From Octopus sinensis (Eukaryota): a stretch of DNA of 64,000 nt. This document shows, one piece after another, positions 1 to 12,193 of this stretch. The position numbers and the translations under genes were made by a program. The stretch's first letter is position 1, and every line of letters begins with the position of its first letter. The notes beneath the pieces are model-generated. The model was given only the letters and a program-made list of their open reading frames with translations, was not told the origin of the DNA and made no database searches. Location of the stretch: assembly GCF_006345805.1 (NCBI RefSeq), contig NC_043005.1, positions 26,350,001 through 26,414,000 on the forward strand, given 5' to 3'.

Positions 1-219
1 CGACTCGGTCGCATCCTTAATTTAGACGTAAATCTTGCCCCGAGTAGAAGTTGCGACCCAGTTTTTTTTTTTCTTTTTTGTTAAAATCAAATATAAAACA
101 GTGCGACTTACACACGAATAAATATGGTATACATGCATACATACATGCACGTATGTATGTATGTATGTATGTATGTATGTATGTATGTATGTATGTATGT
201 ATGTATGTATGTATGTATG

Positions 220-254
<35 letters not shown>

Positions 255-693
255 CATGCAGGTGTATGTGTGAGTGACTGAGGGAGCGATAACAATAGTT
301 GGAGAAGGGGAAATGTGAATGAATATACATTATTTGTATTTCTCATCTTTGTTTTGTTTCGTTATTTTTCTTATCTTGCATGACATGTGTTATATAATAA
401 ATACAAGTCGAAGATAAACATTTGATGACTTTAACCTCGTGACCTCGTTGAGAATTCTGAAGCGATGGCGGAGAGGTTGTATAACAAAAATGAAAAAATA
501 AAATCTTAAAAAAAGGGACTTGATAACGAGACCTATGGAAAGATAAAATGTCTCTAAGGACGCATGCACGGACTTTTATGTAAGTGGTTTTAATAAATTT
601 TGAGTGGGAAAATAGCGTAATATAGAAGCAGAGGTCATCATATCGTGGTATATGTGAAAATTATCATTTAAGTCTCCACCCATGATAAGTTTT

Positions 694-726
<33 letters not shown>

Positions 727-1235
727 GAGTGAGAGAGCAATGCATGCCATCAAAGTGACATTGGGGTAAAATATGCGAAGCCCAGTATACCCATCATGAC
801 TACCCGTCTGATAAGGGTACACCAGTTGCATGCATCACAACCATATGTGCACGACATGGTGAACTCATATCAAGATAAACAGAGCATGACATTGCAGTTG
901 GAAATTTTCTTCAGTCGAGTAGCCCATCCCGCTCGAAAGGTCCCTGAATAAGTGTTGTTTTAGGATGTTGAACGAAACATCCATGTTTCCAGAATGAATT
1001 ATCCAAACCCCAAAGGATTCCTCTCAACACATGGCTATGGTGCTCCCCCACGTCTTCTGCTCGTAGTGAAAGATGTATATATCGTCAGTCACCAAGACAT
1101 GCTCAGCTGATTAAGGTCAAACAACTGACAAGCAAATCTGTGGTATTGAGCAGAATATTTGCTGTAGCCCATCTTTTATACCAAGACAAAATAATGTACA
1201 TTATAACACTTCCATTAGTTAAGATCAGAAGCCAT
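727..1235 (-). mobile_element. Probable retroposon 3' fragment with (AAT)n tail (duplicated at ~2630-3145)
   Basis: Abuts an (ATT)n tract at ~686-726 that reads as a tail on the minus strand. Family not identified. Confidence 0.3.
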
Positions 1236-1564
1236 TGGTTTAATGTGGAGCAAGAAGCAGGGTCCATAACCACGACGAAAAACTGAAATTCTAGTGAAAC
1301 TGATTTGGTTAATGTTCAATTTGAACAGTTGCAAATCAGCTGTTGCGGGTAAAATACGTCATTTGCAAGGGAAGAAGGAATTCCGGAGGGTCGATGATAT
1401 GACGAGCAAGGACTGGTGACAGTTGTTAGTGCAGGTTCTGGGGAGGTTTGGACACAATAAGGATAGCGAACAGAAGAGAGAGACGAGGTCAGCAGGTCCT
1501 TAGAAACAAAAAGATATTGTAGTAGCGGTACCAAAAAAAAAAAAAAAACCCAGAGGAACGAGAT

Positions 1565-1771
1565 GTCTGAGCGTCCAAGGGTGGGATGCGGTGGTGAGCG
1601 ACTTTAAGGTGATCTGCCGGACTGTCTGTCTGAACATGGCTGAGCATGTCTGAGTGTCCAAGGGTGCAATGCGGTGGTGAGTGACTAAAGCGATCGGTCG
1701 GATTGTCTGTCTGAGTGTCCAAGAGTGGAATGCGGCGGTGAGTGACTTTAAGGCGATCGGTCGCACTGTAT
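1565..1771. repeat. ~62-bp GC-rich minisatellite, 3 units (2 units in the duplicate at 3469-3612)
   Basis: Units gtctgag(c/t)gtccaag(g/a)gtg..atgcgg(t/c)ggtgag(c/t)gact.. start at 1565, 1648 and 1709. Confidence 0.85.
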
Positions 1772-2125
1772 CGGACGGAGCTTTCCAAATTGCATTTGTC
1801 TTTATATCTATTAGCTACCACCCTCATTTCTTTTACAAACACTCAACACCGCACCTTTCAACGAAATTAAATACATAAGATAATGGTGACACGTTAACTG
1901 CTGTTAAACGACTACATGAGTCATTTGTTGGTATGACAAGATATTTCTACCCCTAAACACAATCAGAAGATTCGTACAAGAAGTAAAAGTTGAAAATGTT
2001 TTTCGAAAATTAGTGCAATTAAAAAAGTGCGTCTTGGAGTCAACCCCAACCCTCACTTTCAAAAGCACAGTCTAAGTGCCTTTGTGTGTCCCTGTGTGTG
2101 TGTGTGTGTGTGTGTGTTGTGTGTG

Positions 2126-2160
<35 letters not shown>

Positions 2161-2596
2161 CATGCATGTGTATGTGTGAGTGACTGAGGGAGCGATAACA
2201 ATAGTTGGAGAAGGGGAAATGTGATGAATATACATTATTTGTATTTCTCATCTTTGTTTTGTTTCGTTATTTTTCTTATCTTGCATGACATGTGTTATAT
2301 AATAAATACAGTCGAAGATAAACATTTGATGACTTTAACCTCGTGACCTCGTGAGAATTCTGAAGCGATGGCGGAGAGGTTGTATAACAAAAATGAAAAA
2401 ATAAAATCTTAAAAAAAGGGACTTGATAACGAGACCTATGGAAAGATAAAATGTCTCTAAGGACGCATGCACGGACTTTTATGTAAGTGGTTTTAATAAA
2501 TTTTGAGTGGGAAAATAGCGTAATATAGAAGCAGAGGTCATCATATCGTGGTATATGTGAAAATTATCATTTAAGTCTCCACCCATGATAAGTTTT

Positions 2597-2629
<33 letters not shown>

Positions 2630-3933
2630 GAGTGAGAGAGCAATGCATGCCATCAAAGTGACATTGGGGTAAAATATGCGAAGCCCAGTATACCCATCAT
2701 GACTACCCGTCTGATAAGGGTACACCAGTTGCATGCATCACAACCATATGTGCACGACATGGTGAACTCATATCAAGATAAACAGAGCATGACATTGCAG
2801 TTGGAAATTTTCTTCAGGTCGAGTAGCCCATCCCGCTCGAAAGGTCCCTGAATAAGTGTTGTTTTAGGATGTTGAACGAAACATCCATGTTTCCAGAAGT
2901 GAATTATCCAAACCCCAAAGGATTCCTCTCAACACATGGCTATGGTGCTCCCCCACGTCTTCTGCTCGTAGTGAAAGATGTATATATCGTCAGTCACCAA
3001 AAGACATGCTCAGCTGATTAAGGTCAAACAACTGACAAGCAAATCTGTGGTATTGAGCAGAATATTTGCTGTAGCCCATCTTTTATACCAAGACAAAATA
3101 ATGTACATTATAACACTTCCAATCAGTTAAGATCAGAAGCCATTGGTTTAATGTGGAGCAAGAAGCAGGGTCCATAACCACGACGAAAAACTGAAATTCT
3201 AGTGAAACTGATTTGGTTAATGTTCAATTTGAACAGTTGCAAATCAGCTGTTGCGGGTAAAATACGTCATTTGCAAGGGAAGAAGGAATTCCGGAGGGTC
3301 GATGATATGACGAGCAAGGACTGGTGACAGTTGTTAGTGCAGGTTCTGGGGAGGTTTGGACACAATAAGGATAGCGAACAGAAGAGAGAGACGAGGTCAG
3401 CAGGTCCTAGAAACAAAAAGATATTGTAGTAGCGGTACCAAAAAAAAAAAAACCCAGAGGAACGAGATGTCTGAGCGTCCAAGGGTGGGATGCGGTGGTG
3501 AGCGACTTTAAGGTGATCTGCCGGACTGTCTGTCTGAACATGGCTGAGCATGTCTGAGTGTCCAAGAGTGGAATGCGGCGGTGAGTGACTTTAAGGCGAT
3601 CGGTCGCACTGTATCGGACGGAGCTTTCCAAATTGCATTTGTCTTTATATCTATTAGCTACCACCCTCATTTCTTTTACAAACACTCAACACCGCACCTT
3701 TCAACGAAATTAAATACATAAGATAATGGTGACACGTTAACTGCTGTTAAACGACTACATGAGTCATTTGTTGGTATGACAAGATATTTCTACCCCTAAA
3801 CACAATCAGAAGATTCGTACAAGAAGTAAAAGTTGAAAATGTTTTTCGAAAATTAGTGCAATTAAAAAAGTGCGTCTTGGAGTCAACCCCAACCCTCACT
3901 TTCAAAAGCACAGTCTAAGTGCCTTTGTGTGTC

Positions 3934-3969
<36 letters not shown>

Positions 3970-4084
3970 TGTGTGTCCATGTGTGTGTGTGTGTCCATGT
4001 GTATTCCCGTGTGTGTGTATGCGTGTCTCTGCGTGTGTGCGTGTGTGTATGCATGTATCTTGGTGTGTGTAGATTGTATGTATG

Positions 4085-4408
4085 AAGGTGCGTGGCTTAG
4101 TGGCTAGGGTATTCGGTTTACGATCGTAAGGTCATGAGTTCAATTCCCGGCGACGCGTTGTGTCCTTGAGTAAGACCCTCTATTTCACAATGCACCAGTT
4201 CACTCAGCTGACAATAATGATAATACCTGCATTTCAAAAGGGACCATCCGTGTCACACTCTGTGTCACGCTCGATCTCCCTAAGAACTACTTTAAAGGCA
4301 CGCGTATCTGTGGAACACTCAAGCCACTGGCAACGTTAATTTCACGAGCAAGCATTCCGTTGGTCGGATCAATTGGAACACTCGTCGTTGAAACTGACGG
4401 AGAGCCAG
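4085..4408 (+). mobile_element. tRNA-headed SINE, family C
   Basis: A-box tggcttagtgg and B-box gttcaattcc. Central ttgtgtccttgag..ttcac..ccagttcactcagctg domain. A matching copy lies on the opposite strand at 7505-7829. Confidence 0.8.
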
Positions 4409-4755
4409 GTCGTAGATGGTACGTTAGAGCAGAACTCTAGTGTGGGTCTCGCCTAAAATTTGTAACGAGCCAGTATTTGAAAAGGAGGTGGGATGCGACC
4501 TTTTCTGATCCCGAAGAGAGGAAAACAATGGCAAGTTTTGGTGATAGAAGCATCGCCATAACGAAATCGAATGTTTGCGAGGAGACATCATTCTTGATTG
4601 CCAAGCTTAACACTGGTAACAACCTAGAATGTTCAAGGGGCATATTATAATCTACGTTTAGAATTTTGTGCTGAGGTTAAGCTTCGATACTTTTATAGCC
4701 AGCGCAGTTTATGTAATCGGAGATTAGAATTCGTGTTGTTGCTTGTTATTATATA

Positions 4756-5170
4756 GGCGTAGGAGTGGTTGTGTGGTAAGTAGCTTGCTTACCAACCACA
4801 TGGTTCCGGGTTCAGACCGACTGCGTGGTACCTTGGGCAAGTGTCATCTACTATAGCCCCGGGCCGACCAAAGCCTTGTGAGTGGATTTGGTAGACGGAA
4901 ACTGAAAGAAGCCCGTCGTATATATATATATATACATATATGTATGCGTGTGTGTATATGCTTGCGTGTCTGTGTTTGTCCCCCCTCCCCCAACATCGCT
5001 TGACAATCGATGCTGGTGTGTTTACGTCTCTGTAACTTAGGGGTTCGGCAAAAGAGACCGATAGAATAAGTAATAGGCTTGCAAAGAATAAGTCCTGGGG
5101 TAGATTTGCTATCTTAAGGGCGATGCTCCAGCATGGCCACAGTTAAATAACTGAAACAAGTAAAAGAGTA
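4756..5170 (+). mobile_element. tRNA-headed SINE, family A (~420 bp, internal TA/TG microsatellite, GAGTAAAA tail)
   Basis: Head ggcgtaggagtggttgtgtgg..ggttcag; 3' ccagcatggccacag..gaaacaagtaaaagag. More than 10 copies occur in the window. Confidence 0.9.
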
Positions 5171-5192
5171 TTGTTGTTGCTTAGCTCTTGAT

Positions 5193-5440
5193 CAGTGGCT
5201 CCCAAACTTTTTCGGGCTGCCGCCCCCTTGTGATACCCGAGCCACATTCCTACCGCCCCCACCCCAACTAACCATCACAAACATAGACCTCTTTCTGAAG
5301 CAAATTCAAAGCAAATGTATTTCACAAATAAAACATAACCTAATGAACCCATCATTTTGTTGTTTTTACATGAATCGCTATCCCACTTTTCTTCAACGCC
5401 CTTGGAACTTTTCACCGTCCCCAAGGACAATACTGCCCAC
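5193..5440 (+). mobile_element. hAT-like MITE remnant
   Basis: Starts CAGTGGCTCCCAAACTTTTT, a Charlie/hAT-type terminus. The 3' TIR is not clearly preserved. Confidence 0.4.
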
Positions 5441-6132
5441 TAATCGAGCAGACCTATGATCTGGGTGGCAGGCTTAATCCGTCACCTGGTTTAACATTAT
5501 AAACTGAGTCTTTGGTGTTTTAAATAAAATCTGCTGCAAGCATTTGGACTTGGAATCCTCCACGTCCTGCCCCCTAACCAGTCTCGGAGGACTGGAAAAG
5601 TTCTTAGGTGCAACTATCCTTCCTCCTGTAACTCTACCCCTCGAACGCCCTCGAAACACCTGGAAAAAATCGTGAATAAATATCTCTTTTCTCCTACTTC
5701 TCGGACGTTCTGGAAAAGGGCATGGATACTTACCATCGCTCCAAACGAAAAGGTAAAAAGGAAAATCCATTTTTGTTCTCTTAGATACAGGATATCTAGG
5801 AATCTATTATCCAATGTGTCCTTCCTAAGTGCACTGAGAAAGACTTGGCTGTTACTTTAGGCGACGTTGCAGAGGATGTCTCAGAGTTGTGTATAAATGC
5901 GAAATTGTACTAACAGTCATTAAACGTACATCTCTATTTCTTTCTCATTTCAGAACGGTGCCGACTTTTGCCGTCACAGACCACTTCCAGTCCGGAATTC
6001 TACCGATTAGATTGAGTTACCCCAGACACCCAGCATCTTCCAGGCACCAATCTCACCCACGTAACTCACCAGCATCTGACGAAAACACTTCTCCTACTGC
6101 GCATATATGTACGGGTGCATATATATACATAT

Positions 6133-6170
<38 letters not shown>

Positions 6171-6517
6171 ACATATATATATATGTATATGTGTGTGTGT
6201 GTGTGTATCTTTGCATTCACACATGCACATATGCAAAGTTGGTAGAGAGCTTCGTTGATACAGGTAACTCGGGCAAAACTATGATATCTCAAATGGGCGC
6301 GCTGGGTGGCCATCGCAATATGCAAATTATCAAGGAATGTATACAAAATGGTGTCAGTTGCACCATTACTACACACACACATTCGCACCACGACACACTC
6401 ACACAAACATACACCCACACGCACGCACACATGCACAAGTACCCGAATGACACTCTATGTACACGATTTTATAAACACTTCACTATATTCCTAATATAAT
6501 TCCTATATAGTTAATGC

Positions 6518-6763
6518 TGTGAGCTGGTACAATCGCTAGCTAGCACATCGCACAAAAGGCTCCGTGGCATTTCGTCTATCTTCACGCTCTGAGTTCAAAT
6601 CCGCCGAGGTCGAGTGTGCTCTTCAATCTTTCGATGTCGAGAAAATAAGTACCGGCCGAGTACTGAGGTTGGATAAAATAAGTACCAGCTATGTACTGAG
6701 GTCGATGTACTCGACTTACCTCCTATCCCGAAATGGCTGGCCTTGTGCCAAAATTTGAAACCA
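6518..6763 (+). mobile_element. SINE family B (3' variant ..ggccttgtgccaaaatttgaaacc)
   Basis: Shares gagttcaaatccgccgaggtcga..ttcgatgtcga..aagtacc with the other family B copies. Confidence 0.8.
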
Positions 6764-6924
6764 AAATATTTTCTGTACAGTGAAACACCTACGTTACTGC
6801 AACACAATTACTTCAATGCAACTCAGAGATGCACCCGACTGTGTAAACATTCCACATAGCCATGAAACACCGACTGAAGATGCTGGATATTTGTATTGCT
6901 TAGAGAGAAGCGTTGGATAAGAGG

Positions 6925-7205
6925 GTAAAGACCCCCTTCGGTCATAAACGACCATGGGATTGCACCTAGAAAGTTATCCTCTGGGGCACAAGTCCGGGCA
7001 AGGTTGTTTATGGAAGACTAGCAGTCGCCCACGCATACCAGCTTCCACAGCTTGGCACACGTCGCAACTCATTTCTACAGCTGAGTGAACTGGTGCAATG
7101 TGAAATAAAATGAAATAAAGAACACAACACACAGCCCGGTCCGGGAATCGAACTCACTACCTCATGATTGTGAGCCCGACGCTCTAACCACTGGGCCAAG
7201 CGCCT
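6925..7205 (-). mobile_element. tRNA-headed SINE related to family C, different 3' part
   Basis: The minus strand reads tggcccagtggttagagcg..gagttcgattccc (A and B boxes), then the shared ccagttcactcagctg domain. Confidence 0.75.
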
Positions 7206-7504
7206 TACAGTTGGTTCAATAAAAACCTTACTATTGGCTAGACACGTTACTTACTATTGGAAAGGAGTTCCTACAGGGGATAGGACGGTTGTATCTCAGT
7301 CTCGCTGCTTCTATATCTTACAGTTCTTAGTTGTTTTCATTCTCTTTTGCCACTGGATACCAAAAGAGTAGAAAGAGAGGATGGGATAGTTCTGCGCAGT
7401 TTTACTTCCCCTCAAAAATCTTGCGGCTTTAGATACTTGGAGGTTATTGGCCTAAAAATCTAACACAGGAGCACAAAAAGTAATGCTGCTGATCTGGTCA
7501 CTGA

Positions 7505-7829
7505 TCAGAAGCACTCCGTCGGTTACAATGACGAGGGTTCCAGTTGATACGATTAACGGAACATATTACTCGTGAAATTAACGTGCAAGTGGCTGAGCAC
7601 TCCACAGACACGTGTACCCTTAACGTAGTTCTCGGGGAGACTCAGCGTGACACAGTGTGTGACAAGGCTGGCCCTTTGAAATACAGGTACTACCCATTTT
7701 TGCCAGCTGAGTGGACTGGAGCAACGCGAAATAAAGTGTCTTGCTTGAAGGACAAAACGCGTCGCCGGGAATTGAACTCACGACCTTACGTTCGCGAGCC
7801 GAATGCCCTAACCACTAAGCCACACACCT
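7505..7829 (-). mobile_element. tRNA-headed SINE, family C
   Basis: Reverse complement matches 4085-4408 along its length. Confidence 0.85.
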
Positions 7830-8056
7830 TCACCAATGGTTAGACAACTAAAGGATAGACACCTCGGCAATCTTTCGTTTTGAAAGATCGCCGACAACTC
7901 ACAACAGACTAGATAAACACTTTGTTACTAACGCCTTGCTGGACACTTTACTATAAGCTACATGGACATTTTAAGTGTGTCTAACCAATATAGTTAGACA
8001 TAAACATGGTCAGAGCTGTAAGAAAATAGCACAGCCCATAGACGAATATTCAGCTG

Positions 8057-8276
8057 TACTCTTTTACTCTTTTTACTCTTTTACTTGTTTCAGTCATTGA
8101 CTGCGGCCATGCTGGAGCACCGCCTTTAGTCGAGCAAATCGACCCCCGGACTTATTCCTTTTGTAAGCCCAGTACTTATTCTATCAGTCTGTTTTTGCCG
8201 ACCGCTAAGTGACGGGGACGTAAACACACCAGCATCGGTTGTCAAGCAATGCTAGGGGGCAAACACAGACACACAA

Positions 8277-8307
<31 letters not shown>

Positions 8308-8477
8308 CATATATACGACAGCTTCTTTCAGTTTCCGTCTACCAACCCACTCACAAGGCATTTGGTCGTCCCGGGGCTATAGCAGAAGACACTTGCCCAA
8401 GATGCCATGCAGTGGGATTGAACCCAGAACCATGTGGTTGGTTAGCAAGCTACTTACCACACAGCCACTCCTGCGCC
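8057..8477 (-). mobile_element. SINE family A, full length
   Basis: Reverse complement of the family A consensus, with a (ttttactc)n tail at the left end. Confidence 0.9.
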
Positions 8478-8495
8478 TAGTTTTAGATTCTTACA

Positions 8496-8694
8496 TCTAC
8501 GCTTTTGAATCGCTTTTCATCGGAGGATCGAATTTGTCTGTCATCTCTCTACAAGCAGGTTCTGATAACACATCTGTGGTTACGCTTAAAATTTGAAAAC
8601 AAAATTTATATTCGTAGAACAAAAAAAAATTTTTTAAATAAAAATAAAAATTTAATATCTCGTAGATCGAACCCGGAATCCGGAATATTACTAG
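8496..8694 (+). mobile_element. Possible short non-autonomous Helitron
   Basis: A|TC at 8495/8496; hairpin ccgga-a-tccgg at ~8673-8683; CTAG|T at 8691-8695. The 5' boundary is uncertain. Confidence 0.35.
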
Positions 8695-9081
8695 TATCTA
8701 TTTAAGTCATGGAACATTACACGATTGTCACATTATGACGTAATAGGACATTGTTATGACGTGGTGTGCGTTATCGTATGTATGCGGAAGTGTATATGCG
8801 TGACGTGGGTTCAAATCAGCGTGGAGTACGTGTATCCATGTGTACATGTCTTTAAACGTATATGTGTGTATGTGTGCGTGTGTGTGTATTCGAGGGCTTA
8901 TGTATGCGGAGTCATGTGTATTATGTCTGAGTGTGATAGTTTGTGTATGTGTGTGTGTATGCCTTCTCTGTGTGTATGCACGAGCCCATGTGGAGCAACA
9001 TGTACTATTTATGCACGTCTATCAATGTATTAATGTGTATATGCGTAATCGCATATGGAACGGTACATATGTATTAACGTA

Positions 9082-9465
9082 CAGGAGTGGCCGTGTGGTA
9101 AGTAGCTTGCTTACCAACCACATAGTTCCGGGTTCAGTCCCACTGCGTGGTACATTGGGCAAGTGTCTTCTACTATAGTTTCGGGCTGACCAAAGCCTTG
9201 TGAGTGGATTGGGTAGACGGAAACTGAAAGAAGCCCGTCGTATATATGTATATATATATATGTGTGTGTGTTTGTGTTTGTCCCCCCAACATCGCTTGAC
9301 AACCGATGGTGATGTGTTTACGTCCCCGTAACTTATTGGTTCTGCAAGAGAGACCGATAGAATAAGTACTAGGCTTACAAAAGAACAGTCCTGGGGTCGA
9401 TTTCCTCGACTAAAAGGCGGTGCTCCAGCATGGCCGCAGTCAAATGACTGAAACGAGTAAAAGAG
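9082..9465 (+). mobile_element. SINE family A, full length
   Basis: Matches the family A consensus head to tail. Confidence 0.9.
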
Positions 9466-9899
9466 AGTGTGTGTGTTTGTGTGTGTGAGTGTGACTGGAT
9501 GTTCGCGTGTGTGCGTGTCTGTGCGTGTGTGAACACGTACATTTTACATGCATAACAGGATGTGTATCATGTGACTGTATGCCCGTATGCATACGTGTTC
9601 CAGTGAATTCTTTCACTGCTTGTATCTGCTTTCACTAAATACTATACTCTCTCTTCTTCTTCTTCTTCTTCTTCTTCTCTCTCTCTAGTTATATATCTCT
9701 CTATTTATCACTATTATCTATCTATCTATCTAACCTTGGTCACCAATTCTCTGTGTATCTATTTTCTTATCTGCCAGCTTTTATATAAGTAGGTCATCTT
9801 TCTCCCTCTCCCTCCCCCCTCTCTCTCTCTCTCTTACCCTCTCTTTACTGCCCTCTCACAACCACACACCCGGTTCCAAACACACTCTGCCGAATATAA

Positions 9900-10200
9900 T
9901 AGTCTTCGTCTACGGCAGAATCGCTGACGTTTCACTTTGTGTACACCACATACCGAACACGACGTTCCTACTTTCGGAACACAGAGACCAAACTGTATCG
10001 CTTATCGTCGTCCCTCACACAAGCGCATGCGCTGGCCTTGGCTCTTTTGTTCATTGTGTTTGCTAAATAGTAATATAAGTTAACTTTGTAGTATAAATAA
10101 AAGCGGTAAAAGACAGCCCTTTGTACAACCGAAGACGGTGGCTTTGATTCCCCGGTGGCATCAGTCGACGTTTCGTTAATTACGTCATTGACATCATTAA
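9900..10200. promoter_or_regulatory. Candidate enhancer with NRF1 and tandem CRE-like motifs
   Basis: CpG-containing unique sequence; GCGCATGCGC 10023, TTACGTCA 10180, TGACATCA 10189. Motif evidence only. Confidence 0.3.
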
Positions 10201-10475
10201 GAAAGGCACCGACCTCACACCATCTCATCACAGTGTGTAATTGTTGCTCGTGTTTGTTTCCCCACCACAGCTTCACAACCGGTATCGGTTTGTTTACGTC
10301 CCCGTGACTCAGCAGTTCGGCGTTTAAGGCCGATAGAATAAGTACCAAACGTGAAACAAATTAAATGAATAAATGAATAAGTACTTGCGTTCAACTAAAA
10401 CCCCTTCGAGGCGTTGCCCCAGCATGGCCGCAATCCAGTCATGGAAACAAGTGTAGCTTAAAACAGAGTCATTAT

Positions 10476-10797
10476 CTCTTTTATTCTTTCTTTTACTCTT
10501 TCACTTGCTTCAGTCAGTTGACTGCGGCTATGTTGGAGCATCGCCTTTTAGTCGAACAAATCGACCCCCGGGACTTAGTCTATCGGTTCCTTTTGGCGAA
10601 CCGCTAAGTTACGGGGACATAAACACATCAGCATCGGCTGTCAAGCGATGTTTGGGGAACAAACACAGACACACATACACACATATATATATATACGACA
10701 GGCTTCTTTCAGTTTCCGTCTACCAAATCCACTCACAAGGCTTTGGTCGGCCCGAGGCTATAGTGGAAGACTGCTGCCCAAGGTGTCACACAGTGGG

Positions 10798-10798
<1 letters not shown>
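10476..10798 (-). mobile_element. SINE family A, 5'-truncated
   Basis: Reverse complement match; ends at a (TA)n tract. Confidence 0.85.
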
Positions 10799-10831
<33 letters not shown>

Positions 10832-10884
10832 TATATTTGGAAGACCAGATCTGAGAAAAGACTGACCAGAAGGTTTTGCTAACC

Positions 10885-11206
10885 ATTCTTCTTCTTGTGG
10901 TGGTGACGGTAATGATGATCAGTTCTGTAATTAACCAATCAACTTGCTTCTATCTGACAGTATTTACTTCTTAGCTTCTATATATATATATTATTTTTTA
11001 ATTTTTTTTTCATTTCATCTAGTTTCAGCTCACGAACTGTGGCCATGCTGGGGCACCGCCCTATATATATATATATATAATGAAAAAAAAATTAAAAAAT
11101 AATATATATATAGAAGCTAAGAAGTAAATACTGTCAGATAGAAGCAAGTTGATTGGTTAATTACAGAACTGATCATCATTACCGTCACCACCACAAGAAG
11201 AAGAAT
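10885..11206. repeat. Near-perfect inverted duplication, arms 10885-11014 and 11079-11206, 64-bp spacer
   Basis: Arms are exact reverse complements except one TA unit. Confidence 0.95.
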
Positions 11207-11631
11207 TAGAAGAAGAAGAAGAAGAAGAAGAAGAAGAAGAAGAAGAAGAAGAAGAAGAAGGAGGAGGAGGAGGCAGGTGGACATTTTTGTGTCATGAGGG
11301 TTTTCCCACTGAAGTTATATACTGTCACTCGAAAAAAAAAAATTGAAATTTTCTCTTTTTCCTCATTTTTTTTCTTTGCGTGTGTATGTTTTTTTCTTTC
11401 TTAATAAATTTCGACAGTTATAAGCCGGATCCGGCTCGTGAGCCCTATATTTGTCACCTCTTGTTATAAATGGAGAAACCGGATTTGTACCAAACGCACC
11501 ATGAAACTTCCCTATTCGAGCTGAATTGATCTGAGGTCACACAACGACAAAAGCAATAGCAATCAGCATTTATCATAAAAGATCGATAAAAAAAAGTCAA
11601 CCAGTCATATATATATATATACATATATACT

Positions 11632-11898
11632 GTCGTATATATGTATATATATATATGTATGTGTGTGTATATGTTTGTGTGTCTGTGTTTGTCCCCCACC
11701 CAACATCGCTTGACAACCGATGCTGGTGTGTTTACGTCCCCGTTACTTAGCGGTTCGGCAAAAAGAGAGACCGATAGAATAAGTACTGGGCTTACAAAGA
11801 ATAAGTCCCGGGGTCGATTTGCTCGACTGAAAAGGCGGTGCTCCAGCATGGCCGCAGTCAAATGACTGAAACAAGTAAAAGAGTAAACGAGTAAGAGA
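11632..11898 (+). mobile_element. SINE family A, 3' half
   Basis: Runs from the internal microsatellite to the gagtaaa tail. Confidence 0.85.
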
Positions 11899-11965
11899 GT
11901 CAAGTGAATGCTTCCGTCAAAGTGACTGACCTTGAGCCTTAGTTGAGACTATTTTATCATAGATC

Positions 11966-12193
11966 GGCGAGCTGGCAGAAACGTTAGCACGCCGGGCGAA
12001 ATGCATAGCCGTATTTCGTTACGTTCTGAGTTCAAATTCCTCCGAGGTCGACTTTGCCTTTCATCCTTTCATCCTTTCGGGGTCGATAAATAAAGTACCA
12101 GTTTCCAACTGGGGTCGATGTAATCGACTTAATCCCTTTGTCTGTCCTTGTTTGTCTCCTCTATGTTTAGCCCCTTGTGGGCAGTAAAGAAAT
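11966..12193 (+). mobile_element. SINE family B, full length, with target-site duplication
   Basis: TSD tattttatcatagatc at 11950-11965 and 12195-12210. Confidence 0.92.

Larger units (their letters stand above)
250..3937. repeat. Tandem duplication of a ~1.85-1.9 kb unit (copy 1 ~250-2095, copy 2 ~2158-3937)
   Basis: Identical anchors: agggagcgat at 281 and 2187, gtgcgtcttgg at 2027 and 3870. (TG)n tracts lie at all three junctions. Copies differ by small indels and one ~62-bp minisatellite unit. Confidence 0.95.

Noticed and set aside
1565-1771. Regularly spaced ~62-bp repeats as a CRISPR-like array (also the 59655-59900 units and SINE-B multimers)
   Set aside because: Units are contiguous and degenerate without unique spacers; eukaryotic context and no cas genes. 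These are minisatellites or stacked SINEs.
5954-6110. Strong plus-strand acceptor (tctctatttctttctcatttcAG) followed by an open frame
   Set aside because: No convincing donor and no recognisable peptide. It could be an antisense lncRNA exon but is unsupported.
7130-7205. tRNA-like sequence on the minus strand (also 4085-4160, 7760-7829, 25020-25088)
   Set aside because: A and B boxes are present, but the acceptor stem does not pair and the sequence continues into a shared SINE body. These are SINE heads, not tRNA genes.
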